From: Lama glama
Lineage: Eukaryota
NCBI GenBank assembly: GCA_028534125.1
Contig: CM052817.1
Span: 80,912,001 to 80,976,000, forward strand
DNA: 64,000 bases
Direction of reading: 5' to 3'
The position numbers and the translations under genes were made by a program. Shown one piece after another: positions 26,640 through 40,033 of the stretch (its first letter is position 1; each line of letters starts with the position of its first letter). The notes beneath the pieces were generated by a model that was not told the origin of the DNA, did no database searches, and saw only the letters and a program-made list of their open reading frames with translations.

Positions 26640-27290
26640 TTCCTGTACTATGCAGGCTCAAACATCAGCTATATTACTCTCTCATCCTTCTGGGATCTAT
26701 GATTTCCTGACCCCTTCTCAGTCCTTCCCATTTACTGAAGGATTTGACATTATTTTCCTCTTCACCCCAAATTTTGTACATTGTCAAGGTGGCTTCAACC
26801 ATTTATTGAATCAATCAATATTCTAACTTTTCATTTATGTGTCTCCTCTACTATAATCTTGAAACCTGGACTCACAGGTCCAAATTCTCAATCTCAGCAC
26901 TTCAACTTTCCAATCTTATCACTTCATTGAGAATGGAGTGACCACGTCGTCACTAGCCAACAGGTATTACTCTGTTCTCCTTAATTGGTTTGTTTGGCAA
27001 CATCCTCATCTTCTGAAATGCTCTTTTCTATAAGCTTATATGAAACCACACTGTCCTTGCTTTTTTCCCCTTTAATCTTTCTGACTGATCCTTTTAAAAT
27101 CCCTTTCATGAGCTCCTTGTCCTCTCCATTCTTTCAATGCCAGTGCTTTTCAGATTTTCATCCACAACCTCTTCCTAATGCAAATACATTTTATGCTTTT
27201 AAGCCCACTTTCTACCTGGATGACTCCAGCTTAGATTCATCTCCTGGACACTTTGGAGATGCATATATCCAGTCACCCACTAAACATTTT
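26640..27290 (+). mobile_element. L2 internal fragments
   Basis: Pyrimidine-rich L2-like sequence, e.g. ttctgaaatgctcttttctataagcttatatgaaaccacactgtccttgcttttt. Confidence 0.55.
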
Positions 27291-27359
27291 ATTTTGGAGA
27301 AGTATTTTCAGGCAGAGAGAATCTGTGCAGAGGACAGAAGCAATAGTGGATTTAGAGAA

Positions 27360-27700
27360 TCTGAGAATGTTTCATTTTGAGTAAACAGGAGAATGGCAAA
27401 TGAGACTGGAAAGAAATGATAGCTATTATTCATGGAGATCTTTATAAAACATACTAAGAAGTGCGGATTTTATTTCAAGAGAAATATAGAGCTATTTAAA
27501 TTTTCTAATCATGGGAATGACACTGTGATTGGAAAGATTTTTCTGAAAATAGGACAGAAAATTAATGATTAAAGAAAGCAGTGGAAAGTAACTAGTTGGG
27601 AAACTTTTATAGTAACCCAAGTGAGAATTGTGGGAGACTGAAGTAAAATAAAGTAAATGGAGATAAATGTTTAGTAAATGTTTACTAAAATTAATAATCT
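27360..27700 (-). mobile_element. L2 fragment
   Basis: actaagaagtgcggattttatt...ctttatagtaacccaagtgaga, antisense L2. Confidence 0.55.
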
Positions 27701-28565
27701 TTTGTTCAGTAAGTATTAGTATTTCCATTGATATGGAATGAACTCCTTTTATATTGAAATAAATTTAGTAGAATGCCTGAAAATCATTTCTGGGACTATG
27801 ACCAGGGAAATATTTTAAGTCAATATATACAGTTGAAATTTATCAGTTATAAAGTGAAATGTGTCAAATTTATTACCTCTGGAAGCTTTACTTGATCCCA
27901 ATAAAATTGACTGATAAATGAAGACATTTGAAAAACAAACAAGTAAAATAAAAGGAGCAAGACCAACAACAAAAACATGGATTATCTGTCAGTGCATTAC
28001 CAAAAAAAAAAAAAGATCTTTTTCTATTGACTAAATTAACTGAAGTTGAGTTTAAATTTGCTGGTCTTATTTTTCAAATGAGTTTATGTGATATTTTTAA
28101 TTATCTCAGTGTTAATTAAAATAATTTTTCCCCAGGAAACTTTTTCATTTACTTAACAAGATATGAAAAAATTATCAATAAACTTTGCTGTATTATTTTA
28201 ATTTTGTACACACATTCCTATATGTTCTACTAGGTAAAATGTGTGGTTCAGAGGACTTTCAAGGCCATTTATACTATTTTTTAATTTTCAGTTTTACATT
28301 AAAAATATTTTTTTAGGGTGATCTGGCAGAAAAAATTTTGACATATTATGCTATTACCATTTTCTAGATTGAGATATTCTGAAGGTAATAAAACTTTGTA
28401 TTAAATAACACTGTCATATAAATGTTCTTATTATTTTCTGAAACACTGTATATCATGAACAGGGAGAATATTTTCTCAGAATACAATGGTGAAAATCAGA
28501 CTTTGGTTAAGTGATATACAGAGCTTTCAGGATGCTTATTCTACTGTACTGGTAGATCACAACCA

Positions 28566-29057
28566 TGTGTAGTACACTGGTACAAAGTACCACAACCTGA
28601 GCAGCTTAAACCAGCACAGATGCATTCTCCTACAGGTCTGGAGGTCAGAAATCCTAAGTGGATTTCACTGGGCTGAAATCAAGGTATCAACAGTACCACG
28701 TTCCCTCCAGAGTCTCTGGGAGAAAACCTGTTTGCTTGCCTTTGCCAGCTTCCCCAGGACTCTGCATGTCTTGGATTATGGCCTCTTCTTTGTTCTTCAA
28801 AGCCAATGGCCTAGATTCTTCTCTTTCTGGCTCTGCTGACCTTGGTTTTCATCACAGAGCCTTCTATCTTCTGTCTATAGTCAAATCACCATTTAGCTCC
28901 ATCTCATAAGGATAATTCTAAGGATTCTTTTTCAGATAATTCAAGATTTCAAGATTCTTAATTATACCTACACATCTCATTAGTCATGTGAGCTAATATT
29001 CACAGTTTCCAGAGATTAAGACCTGATTAACTTTGGGGCCATTATTAAACTTACACA
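28566..29057 (-). mobile_element. MaLR LTR MLT1C/D-like
   Basis: acaaagtaccacaacctgagcagcttaaac...tctggaggtcagaaatcc...ctttggggccattatt. Confidence 0.85.
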
Positions 29058-30917
29058 TATAATAATACTGCAATGACAGAATTAATTTTTTTCCTTGAGC
29101 ATTTTATTTTCACCTTTCTCAGTGTTGGAAGCAGATGAGTTTTGTTTCATTTTATATCATTTTGGTATGATTATACCACCCAGATCCATTGTATTTTTGG
29201 TGCTGGGGCCTTGGATAAAGGAACAAGGCAGTAAAGTGCATGAGAAAAATGGTTCTCCAACAAGATTCTTTTCTATGTTGTTATCTTCACTTCTGTAACT
29301 TCCCACTAATGATATGTAAAATATAGTGAATTTGTTTTTCTTAGCTAGCAGATGAAGTAGAAAGATGGCAGCCCTGGTAACTGGAATTCATGTGCCCTAA
29401 TGGGAAACAAAGAGGACTCTCTTCTCCCTTTTCCTAAGAGTACATGCTCTCCTCTCCTTTCTGGCTTTAATTAAGAGAACAGAATCATGTAAGACTCACA
29501 GAATCAATATTTATGGTGGAGGTGCCTGGAGGAAGGATGCTCTGATCATCCTATTATATGTGCTGATATTTTCTGATCTTTAAAAAAACCTAAGGCACAT
29601 CGCTCAGATGGCATATTTTTAACCCTGGTGGCCTAAACCACAAATTCCAAATACTTAGTTACATTCTGCCTAGAGTATCCTTCCAAGTGTTCCAGAACTC
29701 ATGGTGGTTTTTATTTCCTATCCTAAGCGGCTTGGTTGTTGTGCTATTGTTATTTAACATTCCTGAGAGCAGACAGATGTGCAATTTGAAAGAGGACTAT
29801 GTATTTTCTATTGAATAAGCTAATAGTCTAAAATCTGGTTGCCATATTCCATTTCTAAAGTTGAATAAAAGAAATGCATGAAAGGAAACATAATAAAAGG
29901 AAACAGTGAAAGAAAATACATGACAAGGCATCTGTCCTGGTTAAAACCCAAACCAGCTAATGTGGAGAATAGGCCACATTGTGACTTTGGGTCTGGCTAA
30001 TGTTCTTATGTGAGCAAAAACAATAAAACACTGTGCTTGTGTTGTAAATTGACAGGATTATTATCTTCTAATAAAATGACTTAAATATGTTTAAAGGAAG
30101 GATCACAGGAGGATGGGACATTTTTGTACAGCAACAGCATTTCATTTAAAATAACTATTGTACATTAGAACTCTCCATTCTTCCCATCCCCATTTCTTTC
30201 CAATCATGTTAAACAGCATTCACATTTCTTAACATTATAATTCACTCGTTGTTAGAATCAAAGAACTATTACCAAAAGACTACAGACTCAGAATATATTG
30301 GCAGCAAGGAGTCAATATAGTGATAATTAATTATTACAAGCCCCTAGGCTTTCTCTTCTATTTCAGTGGAAGGGCTCTCTCTCCTTTTAAGACAAATACT
30401 TTTGCTTGTACTTTGAAACTATACCCTCTGTCTTGTGCAATTCAACCTACAAATTGGTTCTCTCTGGTCTGACTTCAGGCTACTCTGACCTACTTGCTTT
30501 TTACTCTTGGTATATAAGCAGGTCAAGTCTCTTTCGTGTAGCATGATAACAATGTTTTTTAAAAGGGGTGAATATGTTTTTCTCTTTTGCATTTCCTTAG
30601 TAGGACTCTCCCCTAGTTCTGCCAGTCATCTGTTTGCCTTGAGGACGACTGAAATTGTGGAAGCTGGATTGCATTGAGTCAGACGCAGTAAAGATTCAGA
30701 TTTTGATGCTCAGAATAAAATATGTGGGCTGACTATAAGACTGAAGTTTTGAAAGCCAGGCTTGGCTAGAAAAAAAATTCTATTTCTAAAACCCTCTAGC
30801 TTCCACTAATGTACTAAGGTATTATGTATTTGGCTTGTCATGCTAGATCATATCCATTTTCTATTTACCAAGAATAAAGAAAAGTCAGGATATGTCATGA
30901 ACAAAGTCTGTCATAAA

Positions 30918-31570
30918 TGTTGGTGGGGAAGCCTTCCCACTCCTATTGCTAGGTCTGGGTGGGTCAAATATACGATGAGGTCCTGATTGCCTCTCTTTAG
31001 ACCGTGGTTCCAAATGCGATACATGTTATTAAGTGTGAAGAAAAGCCAAGAATGGAGCGAAGTTGTTACTTCCTGTTTGGAACCGTGGGAGGAGGCATGT
31101 ATGCAGTTTCCTTTCACGTCAAAGACCCTCTGCAGTCTCCCTCCACTGGAAGTCAGCATGGGGGCGAGCAGGAGGCCTGAGAGACTCTTTTGCCCAACTC
31201 CATGGGGGCTACGTTTTCCTCGAGCCCAAAAACCACCTCAGGAAGGAAGAAGAGAATGCGAAGAATAGTTGTGATGAGAAACGGGACTTTCAATAGATTC
31301 TTTTTTTTTTTTTGAGAGTCAGAGCCCCGTTTTTTTCTGTTTAATTGAAGTACAGTCAGCTATAATGTGTCAATTTCTGTTATACAACACAATGTCCCAG
31401 TTTTATTTATATATATATACACACACACACATAGATACATCTGTTTTCATATTCTTTTTCATTAAAAGTTATTACAAGATATTGAATATAGTTCCCTGTG
31501 CTATACAGAAGAAATCTGTTTTGATTCTTTATAGACAAGACTGATATAAAAAAAAACTATTTAAACCACA
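30918..31570 (-). mobile_element. Probable solo LTR (ERV1-like, lineage-specific), interrupted by a short L1
   Basis: TG...CA ends (tgttggt / aaccaca), retained CpGs and a sharp compositional contrast with the flanks. Family and strand are tentative. Confidence 0.5.
31301..31522 (-). mobile_element. Short young L1 3' end with TSD gattcttt and 16 extra nt between two poly(T) runs
   Basis: aattgaagtacagtcagctataatgtgtcaatttctg...atagttccctgtgctatacag. gattcttt occurs at 31296-31303 and 31523-31530. Confidence 0.85.
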
Positions 31571-31659
31571 TAAGACTGATGTGCATTTTTCTAGCAAGTT
31601 TAGGTGTAAGTTCTTACCTCCACTAACCAGAGGAGCGAAACAGTGAGTATTTATCAGAT

Positions 31660-32100
31660 ATTTTTGAATGTGAAGTATGTGTGAAACACCCTTCTTGTAT
31701 TTGGAGAGTTTGCCACATTCTGATTACAGCCTCTGCTAAAGTGAAGCCAGAATTTACTTCCTCAATCTTTCTTTTTACTGATGTGCAGACTCTTATAAGA
31801 CGTGCTGAGGTAAGACTTTGATTCAGAAATAAACAGTGTCACAAACGTGGCAGTTCTAGCATCTGGCTTCTGACATCAGGCCCTGCTCTTTTTGGCACAA
31901 ACTGTGGGTCTCCAGCAACATCAGTGTAAACCGCATCATCATGATCAATGCTGAGTATAGTGGTGTTTACGCTGGGGTAACTCTAGTTTGTAATTGGTTG
32001 CTGTTCCTTGGTGTGTGGCTTTCGTGCTTGACTCTGACTGAAGAGATTCTAGGAGCTCCCTGTCATGCTTTATTAGATTCCTTTTCTGGTTACACTAGTC
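31660..32100 (+). mobile_element. ERVL LTR33-like
   Basis: General LTR33-like layout ending ...tattagattccttttctggttacactag. Confidence 0.45.
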
Positions 32101-32119
32101 ATTGATCACTAAGAACCAT

Positions 32120-32390
32120 AACCAACAACAGGTAAATGTATTGAGTGCTTACTCTGTTCTATATACCGGTTTAAGCACTTTGCATGTTTTATTTATCTTA
32201 TGTAATCCCTCTCAACAATATTAATAAAGTAGATCCTATTATTATTTACATTTTACAGGTGAGACAATTTATGTAGAGAGTGATTCAATGACTTGCCCAA
32301 GGTTGTTTGTTAACCAGTGAGCAGTAGAGCTGAAATTCAAACTCAGTCAGCCTAGCCTCATAGCCCATGTTTTTATCTCTGTGCTTTAGA
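32120..32390 (-). mobile_element. MIR, near full length
   Basis: attgagtgcttactctgttc...cattttacaggtgagacaa...gacttgcccaagg...ctgaaattcaaactcag. Confidence 0.9.
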
Positions 32391-32629
32391 CCTCATAACA
32401 TATGTATAATCTTTCCATACATATCTTTATATACTATACATATCTATATCTTCATCTCTCTCTTCACATATATATGTATTATATATGTATATTTTGACCT
32501 CCTTATATAATGCATGAGTAAATAACTAGCTATGTATTTATCTTAATAAAATCCCCCACCTATCTCACTTCTGTTGATAAAGACTTCTCTACTTCCTAGC
32601 CCTGTCCTCGCTAGATGTGCGGAAAGCAT

Positions 32630-33845
32630 GACTTAATTTCGCTTGTTCCATTTCATTCCCTTTCTTCCACTCTCAATCCACTGAAATACAGCTTCCTTTC
32701 CTATTGTTCCCTGAAATTGTTTCTGGTCAAGTTACTGAAACTCTTATCAGTAGTTTCTCTTTTAATCTTTATTCTTACTCTAGCTCTCTATAGCATTTGG
32801 TATATGACTCCTTACTTCTTTCTTGATTCTTTTGAATTATTTGGCTTCTGTGATATTTTTGTGACTGGGTTTTTATGCTAGAACTCTGACTATTGTTTCT
32901 CAGGGCCCTTTATGGGCTCCATTTCTTCTGACTTACCTTGTATACCATTTTAAATTCTCAGTCTTCCCTCAGTTTCCCTGGATGAACTTACAGACATTTT
33001 AGATGTAGAAACACTGATGAAACTCTAATATGTACGTCAGCAAATACATTTATCCTAAGATCTATAATTATACATCATGCTGTCTGCTGGAAATCTCCCC
33101 TGATATATTCCAAAGATATTTCAAGTTCAAAGTTGTTATTCTCCAATTAAATTCATCTTCTCTTTCTTTCTCAAATTTCTCCTCCTCCTCCCTCCCCATT
33201 ATTGGTTAATGAAAGAACCATCAACGCATTCAATCAAAAAGCCCACAAGTCATCTATTCCTTTCCTTTTCATCTTCATGTTCCACCTCCAATTAGCCATG
33301 AAGTACTAATTACATTACCTCCTTAATAGCTCGCTCCATCCCATCCTCACCACTTCTAACAGCCTTCTTTTTAATCCCTTGTAAGATAACTCTTTTACTT
33401 ATCGTGTAACATCTTTCAGTTGCTCCCCATTACTCAGGATACAGTCTGAGCTTCTCAGTCAGTACTTATTTGATCTGACCTGTGCTTATCTGGATACTTT
33501 ATTATCATACAATTCTCTGTCTACAGACCACATTCCATCTGACTGATTTATTTGCACTTTCCCCAGTACACGTGCTCTCTCATGCACCTGTTCGCATTTG
33601 CTATTAAATTCATGTGACACAGTTGGCTTACTCCCACTCATCCATGAAAACTCATCTCAGATTTTATGCTTTCCATGTCTTCCTGTGTACTCCTCTTAAT
33701 GATAACAGTGTTAAGTCTGTGATATTCTCTCACTTACTAGACTCAAGCTTGTAAAAAAGATTTGCTGTATCTTTTGTCTCAGAATATTCAGGCCTCCTAT
33801 GATGACTGGATTATTGTAGAGACTAAATATTATTTTGCAAATGAA
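32630..33845 (+). mobile_element. L2, long degenerate 3' region
   Basis: ctcaatccactgaaatacagcttcc...cttactagactcaagcttgt...aaatattattttgcaaatgaa. Confidence 0.75.
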
Positions 33846-34413
33846 ATGCTATCAAAATTATACATGTTTATTTGAAAGTTGAGTGAACTAAAGCCCAAAA
33901 AGGTCAAGTAATTTGTCCACTGTCATACAGCTAGTAAATGACAAAAGATGTAATTCTTCATTATTCTTTAACTGACATTCTCAGAACTTAACAAAAAGTG
34001 TGAAATACAGAAGAGACTTAATATATACTCGAGTGAATTAATGAAAAAGGAAAGGAAAAAAATTTCATTTTCTGTAATAAAAATGTCAAAAATAGTGAAT
34101 TCCAAAATAGTGCAGAGGAGGGAAGCTAAAATATATCATTTTTGTTTTAAAAGTGTTCTTATTAAATGGCAACATTTGAAGGAAATATTTTCATTGTGAC
34201 TTTCTGCTTTTATAGGGAGCCAAATTTTATCTGTACCTTTTACTCTCTAAATGTACATGCAGTTGGTTATATTGAATAATATCAAATTAAAATTAAGTAT
34301 ACTAATAAATTTTATGTAAAAAAGTAAGTTAACATCTCCCAGATTTAAAGTAATATTTTGAATGCCTGAAGTCATTTTTAATGAGTGTCCTCCTAATTTA
34401 GTAAAACAGTAGA

Positions 34414-34950
34414 GTGGGAGGCAGAATTCAAAGATTGCCACTGTAATCTGTGTCCTCTGTTTTTAAACCCTGTATAATCCTCTCCCTGTGAGTGTGGGTG
34501 GGACCTGTGATTTGCTTTTAGCCAATAGAATATGGCAAAGGTAATGGGTCATCACTCCCATGATTTTACTGTGCTATATAAGACTTCCTTTAACAGGCTA
34601 GAGTAAGCCTCTTTTGCTGGCTTTGAAAAAGTAAGATGCCAAGTTATGAGAGGGTCGCCTGACAGGGAGCTTTGGTAGCCTCTAGTAGCTGAACAGCACC
34701 TAACCAGCAAGAAAACAGTGAACTCAATTCTCCAACCACAAAGAACTGAGTTCTGTCAACAATCAGTGGGAGCTCCAGATAGACCTCGAGCTTCAGAAAG
34801 ACTGCAGCCCAGTCTGTACCTTGACTGTCTCAGAGAATCCAGTCAAAGTGTGTCTGAACTCCTCACCTATAACTATGAGATAATAAATATGTGTTGCTTT
34901 AAGCTGCTAAATTTGTGGTAATTTGTTATATTGTTTAAAACGAACATACT
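34414..34950 (+). mobile_element. MaLR LTR MLT1E/F-like
   Basis: tgtataatcctctccctgtgagtgtgggtgggacctgtgatttgcttttagccaatagaatatggcaaagg...tttaagctgctaaatttgtggtaatttgtta. Confidence 0.85.
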
Positions 34951-37742
34951 ATAGGCCATTCTTCAACACATTTAGCATAACAAATTTATATTGTTATATA
35001 AACTTCAAAACTGCAAGAATAAACATGTTAATGAAAAGCAAAGTTTCAAAGCACTAAAGGAAAATCTAATGCTATCTGAATTATAATTCAAGTATCATGA
35101 CAAACTGTTATGAGAAAAATGCATGATAATCCAATTAAGAATGAATAGTAAAGTCTTATATCAATTTTAACAAAATAGAGGAGAAAGGAAAACCCAACCA
35201 TGTGCTTCCCTTGGGTTTACATCAATATTTACTCAAGTTTTCTATTTTAAAGTATTTTGTGGCTACTACTATTTTGTAAACTATGGCAGGTCAACCTCTG
35301 TTTTATTTAGGAAAGTAAAACTCTGTCAAAAATACTTCAAAATTGTACAAAATAAGTAATAATTTTTAGTAAAAATTTCAAATAGTTCTAAGATTATAAT
35401 CATTAAGTATCAATAATCTACTTCTCTGAAATAATTGTGTCTCATAAACTGGTGCTTTCCCAAGCCTTTTCTCTTCCTTCACAGAATATAAAACATGTGA
35501 CTTTGTCACTATTGAAAATAACTTTTAACTCTTTTACTTTAAGTATTTTCACCTTAAATTTTAAGAATATAGCAGATAAAGCTTAAAGAAAACAAATGTT
35601 TAAACAATCAAAATTTTGGAAGTTTAATTCCTGATCTCCAAAACTAATGTTTGGGGGGAAAATACAAATGGCTTATACATGTTTTAGACTGTTATATTTC
35701 ATTTTTCTGAAATTCAGCAAATGACAGAAACTTAATCTGGAAATTTGGTAGATAGCATCTGCCAGGGTTTATCACAACCTGGAATCAGACATTGTTAAAA
35801 GACATTGGACTTTGAGCACTCTATTTATTAAAAAAAAAAGTGAATTTAAATGCATAGCATTTGCTATTTTAAAACATATGAAACTCAAGTAACGACTTTT
35901 ATGGCTGCCTACTTACCTCTCATTTGTAATTTGAAATATTAAAATTAAGAATCTGAAAAATACTTAAATGATACTTGAAAAACTTCCCTTCCGGTTGTGT
36001 GAAAAAGACAATAGGTTTATGTTACGGTAACATGTCCTATCGTAAGTCTTAGCAGAGACCTTATTTCCAAATTCTTAAGTGTGCCGAGTTTTAACGACAT
36101 TGTCATTTTGTATTTGTGATAGGATGACTAGCTTTAGGTAGCTCACAGAAATTGTTATTCACTTCTTGCTTCATAACAGTCTGGGTACAATATGTACCAA
36201 CAATTTTTTCTCTGTTTTCCTTCCTGAAGCTGATCTGATATTAAAGTACTGGCTTTAATAAGTTTCCACTTCAATCTAAAATAGATAATTTAAGAAATCC
36301 AGAAAGCAGAGGCTGCCAAAGCTCACTGTTTCCTAAAACCAGATTGCTATTTACTTCTTCCATTGTGAGGAAGCCCAGGCCTACAGAACCTGCCCCACCT
36401 CTTCCTCAGAGTAAATAGCTCTGTCTCGGATCCAGTGACAGAACGGGCTCCTTGTTAAAGGCTATCGTTCAGTTTCACTTCTTATTTTATTGTTTGGGGT
36501 TTTTTGTTTAAATTTTATTGCTTTCACATCTGGATGGCACAGCTTTCATGTGGTATTAAAAGTGTGTGTCCAAAAATGTGTCCCAGATGAACATCCTGTT
36601 TGTCTTTTGATTTCAAATTTCTGTTTAGTAAACCTTTGTGGTTTGGATATAGTGAAGAGTATTTTCAGCCAAACTCCCTATCCACTTTGTCAAAAATAAT
36701 AACTCCCCTACCCATTCCTCTCTTACTCACCTTTCCTCTGCTAAATTAATATTGTCTATCACAGACATTCTTAGAAGAATTTAAGAACATTACCTCGTCT
36801 CTCAGTGATAAAAGCAATATCTAAAGCATTACTGTTCTGGAAGCTCTGTCTACAAAATGTTTGTTTTACATGCTATACTATTAGCAAATATGAAAGTGTT
36901 CCCATCAGGCCCTGGTAGAAAAATAACCAATTTTTGAATTATGAGATATTTGCTTTAGAGAAAGATAAATAAGTGCTTTTTCAAAAACAGCTTAGCAACT
37001 GTATTTTTCTGTTTGAAACCAGAAAAGAAATATGGTTAAAATGTTTTTTAAGTCTTTCCTTCAAACTGGTCATAGAAATCCTATCAGTGATGAATAGATT
37101 TACTTGACATATTGCTTAAAATTATTTTTTAAAATAACTATTGTTTAAGCCAATTTTTTTTGAAGCAAAGAAATTTGGTTGTTCTTGGCATTTCTTAATT
37201 TCCTTACTTGGGGGTATGTTCTCCCCAAATCCACACATATAATTTTCATTGCCTTTAAAAGGGGTTATGAACACACATCTGAAGGGGAATTGACCACTGG
37301 GTTTTTGATGTTCTAAAGCCAACTAAAGCATGAACCTCTTGCTTCCTTTCTGATCCCAGCCCTTTTCAATGAGAACAATGCTTATGCAAGATTTCCTAGG
37401 GGGATTTTGTGGTTTGAGGTTTTAATAATCTAGGCTAAAATTCAAATAGGAACCACAGCTGCTTGGATAAGATTCTTAGACCTCTTTATTTGAACTGCAG
37501 TGAACTTACCAGAATTTTTAAATATTCTGAGCAATATCTGACATAAAAGAGTGACATCCGGTAGCTTTATTTCAGATACATAAGAATATCTATATACCTA
37601 CAAATAGTATGAAATTAAAATAAAATGGCATGTATTTTCCTTAACAATTTGCAGATATGTGTAAAAACAGATTTGGCTCTTTTAAAAAGTAATAAGCATT
37701 ACTGTTCTAAATCAATAAAAGAAAACTATTGAGAATACTTTA

Positions 37743-39121
37743 TATTTTCTATCTCTTTGTTGAAACTCTCACTTCGTTCATGCATTGTTCTTCTGACCTT
37801 GGTGAGGATATTTGTTAGCATGAACTCTCTTATTAGGTAAATCACTTATCTCCACTTCAATAAAATCTGTTTCTGGAGATTTTGTTTGGAACATGTTCCT
37901 CTGTTTCCTCTTTTTCCTTGACTCTCTTTGTGGGTTTCTGCACATTAGATGAAAGAGACAGCCTTGACAAAGTGAGCTCAGGTAGGAGATGAACCTTGCT
38001 GATCAGCCTGGCCTGAGCGCCTAGTTGTCTCCCAAACTTTCATGATTGTACAAACCTCCTTCTTTGTTCTCAGTAGCTCCCAGTAGTTGAGGGTGTTCCA
38101 ATACCCATCAGTGTCCTAAGGGGGAGGATCACAGTCAGCACCTAGCTGCAGACTGATTGGAAGTTGGACCCTCAGGTGCTGCTGGAAGTATGTGGTTAAG
38201 CCCCTTCCAGGAGGAAACTGAGATATGGGCATTTTTACCTGCTTCCCCAAGTGTATAGCTGCTAGAGGTTGCCCCTGTGCCCATTAAAAATTGTTTCTTT
38301 GTCTGCTACAGTCCTGTGGGGCTTGTGCATGCAGTCTCTCATTTGGTTCTTAGAGCCTGGTAATCCAAAGACTCATCCTTTGAGTGGCTGTTGCAAAAGC
38401 TAGGGCACCAGATCTGTGTACAAGCTCTTTCCAGGGAGCTACTGGTGACTTGGAGTGTGCTGGAAGGAGAACGCAAGAGTACAGTCTTCCAGCTGCCCTG
38501 GTCTCTGGGGACCATCTCAGCTAGCCTCTACTGCCTCATGATTTAGCAGCTTGACATCAGGTAGCTTTTAAATTATGCAAATAAACTCTTTTAGGAAGAG
38601 GAGGAGATGGGCAATTTCGCCTGCTCCCTCTACCTAAAGCCCTGAGGGGATAGCTGTGGCAAGTACTCTCACCACTTACGGATCACGTCTTGTTTACCAT
38701 AGTCTTGTGGGTCTCAGGGACCAGAGCACCACTGGCTTTCGGAGCTAGGTGTTCTGGGAACCCTGCCCTCCACGGGGAGTCTTAAAAGTTGGGGCACCAG
38801 ACGTGGGGTGCAAACTCTTCCATCCTCAGGGAGAAGCTGGGAGTTGAGAGTTCTCTCCTGATTGTATGGCACTGTGCAAGGAGTGGGGTTTATGTCAAGA
38901 GTGCACCTGGCCTTTCCTGCCTGTTTGGATGCAGGTATTCTCTCATTCGCCCAACATGAAGGAGTCACTCAGTTTCTAGATCTCTCTCAGAGAGGATTGC
39001 TCATGTGTGGCTGTACATTCAGTGCATCTGTGGGAGGAAGAGAACTCAGGTGCCTCTTACATCATCATCTTTATTCCATCTATTATTGCATTTCTTTCCT
39101 CTGCTTCCGTTCAGCCTAGGT
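37743..39121 (-). mobile_element. L1 5' UTR plus ORF1 start only (3'-truncated), flanked by an 18-bp direct repeat
   Basis: The left end reads antisense ttcaacaaagagatagaaaata (ORF1-like). The right end gggaggaagagaactcaggtgcctcttacatcatcatctt resembles an L1 5' terminus. Flanks are actattgagaatacttta and actcttgagaatacttta. Confidence 0.8.
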
Positions 39122-39763
39122 ACTCTTGAGAATACTTTAAAAATCAGATCTTTGGGACCACTGAAGTAGAACCTATTTATTTCCCAGAATGAAAAGCTAT
39201 GTCTTCACTGTATTACCTGTATGGGGATACACTTTTTAAAATTGATTTTTGTATACTTCTCAAATAGATTGTGTTTAAAATGTAAGATCTACTGACAGGT
39301 CTGTTCATAAGATTCCTGAATCCCAAAATGGGATAAATAACAGCCTTTAAGTTTATTTAAATGAGGCCCCAATAGTCACATAAAGGGTAGAAATTTCACA
39401 GGGTTGTAATGTTATTTAAACATTTACTTAACCAATAAATGACCAAATAGTATGGGATTTTCAAGGACAGACTATAATGGAACAGAACATCTATAAATGA
39501 TCCAGTACTAAATTTAGGTAAAGGACCAACTCCAAAAACAGGAAGCTTTTTGAGCTAGAAGACTTTTCAGCTTTGAGGATCATTTTGGGGACCAAGAGAC
39601 CCAGTTTCTGGGGCTGCTGGCTGTTGGCACTTTTCTGGGCAAGCATAGCCAAAGAAAAATATCAGATTGGAAGGCCTCTGCTCTTGCTGGCATCAGTCCC
39701 ATGGGCCCTTATGCACTATCTCACTTGCTGTCTCTTATCTCATTTGCTGTCTCTCATCTAATC

Positions 39764-40033
39764 CAGTAATTTTCAAAGTTCTCTACAGAATTCTGTGTAT
39801 TTATGGAGTTGTATAATGGACCTTCAGAAGGAGAGAGGTGCTTCCTTTTGGAGGCTTGTATAATGGACCTTCAGAAGGAGAGAGGTGCTTCCTTTTGGAG
39901 GCCTTCTGGACATGTCCTTCAGCTTCTGCCAGAGCTGTTCAATATTTTATCTGCTTTGTACTAATATTCTGGTTAAGATTTAGTTTACACCAACATGCTA
40001 AATTTTTTTAAAAGGAAAAATGTAATCCCCAGC
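39764..40033. mobile_element. hAT-Charlie-type non-autonomous DNA transposon, degenerate
   Basis: cagtaattttcaaag terminus and ccagagctgttcaatattttatctgctttgta...gttaagattt internal motif. Confidence 0.5.
39809..39902 (+). repeat. Perfect 47-bp tandem duplication
   Basis: ttgtataatggaccttcagaaggagagaggtgcttccttttggaggc at 39809-39855 and 39856-39902. Confidence 0.98.

Noticed and set aside
36726..36855. Splice-site pairs on the - strand; similar ones at 20372-20415 (-) and 51994-52060 (+)
   Set aside because: Peptides are unrecognised, acceptors or donors are weak, and I could not build a consistent multi-exon frame.
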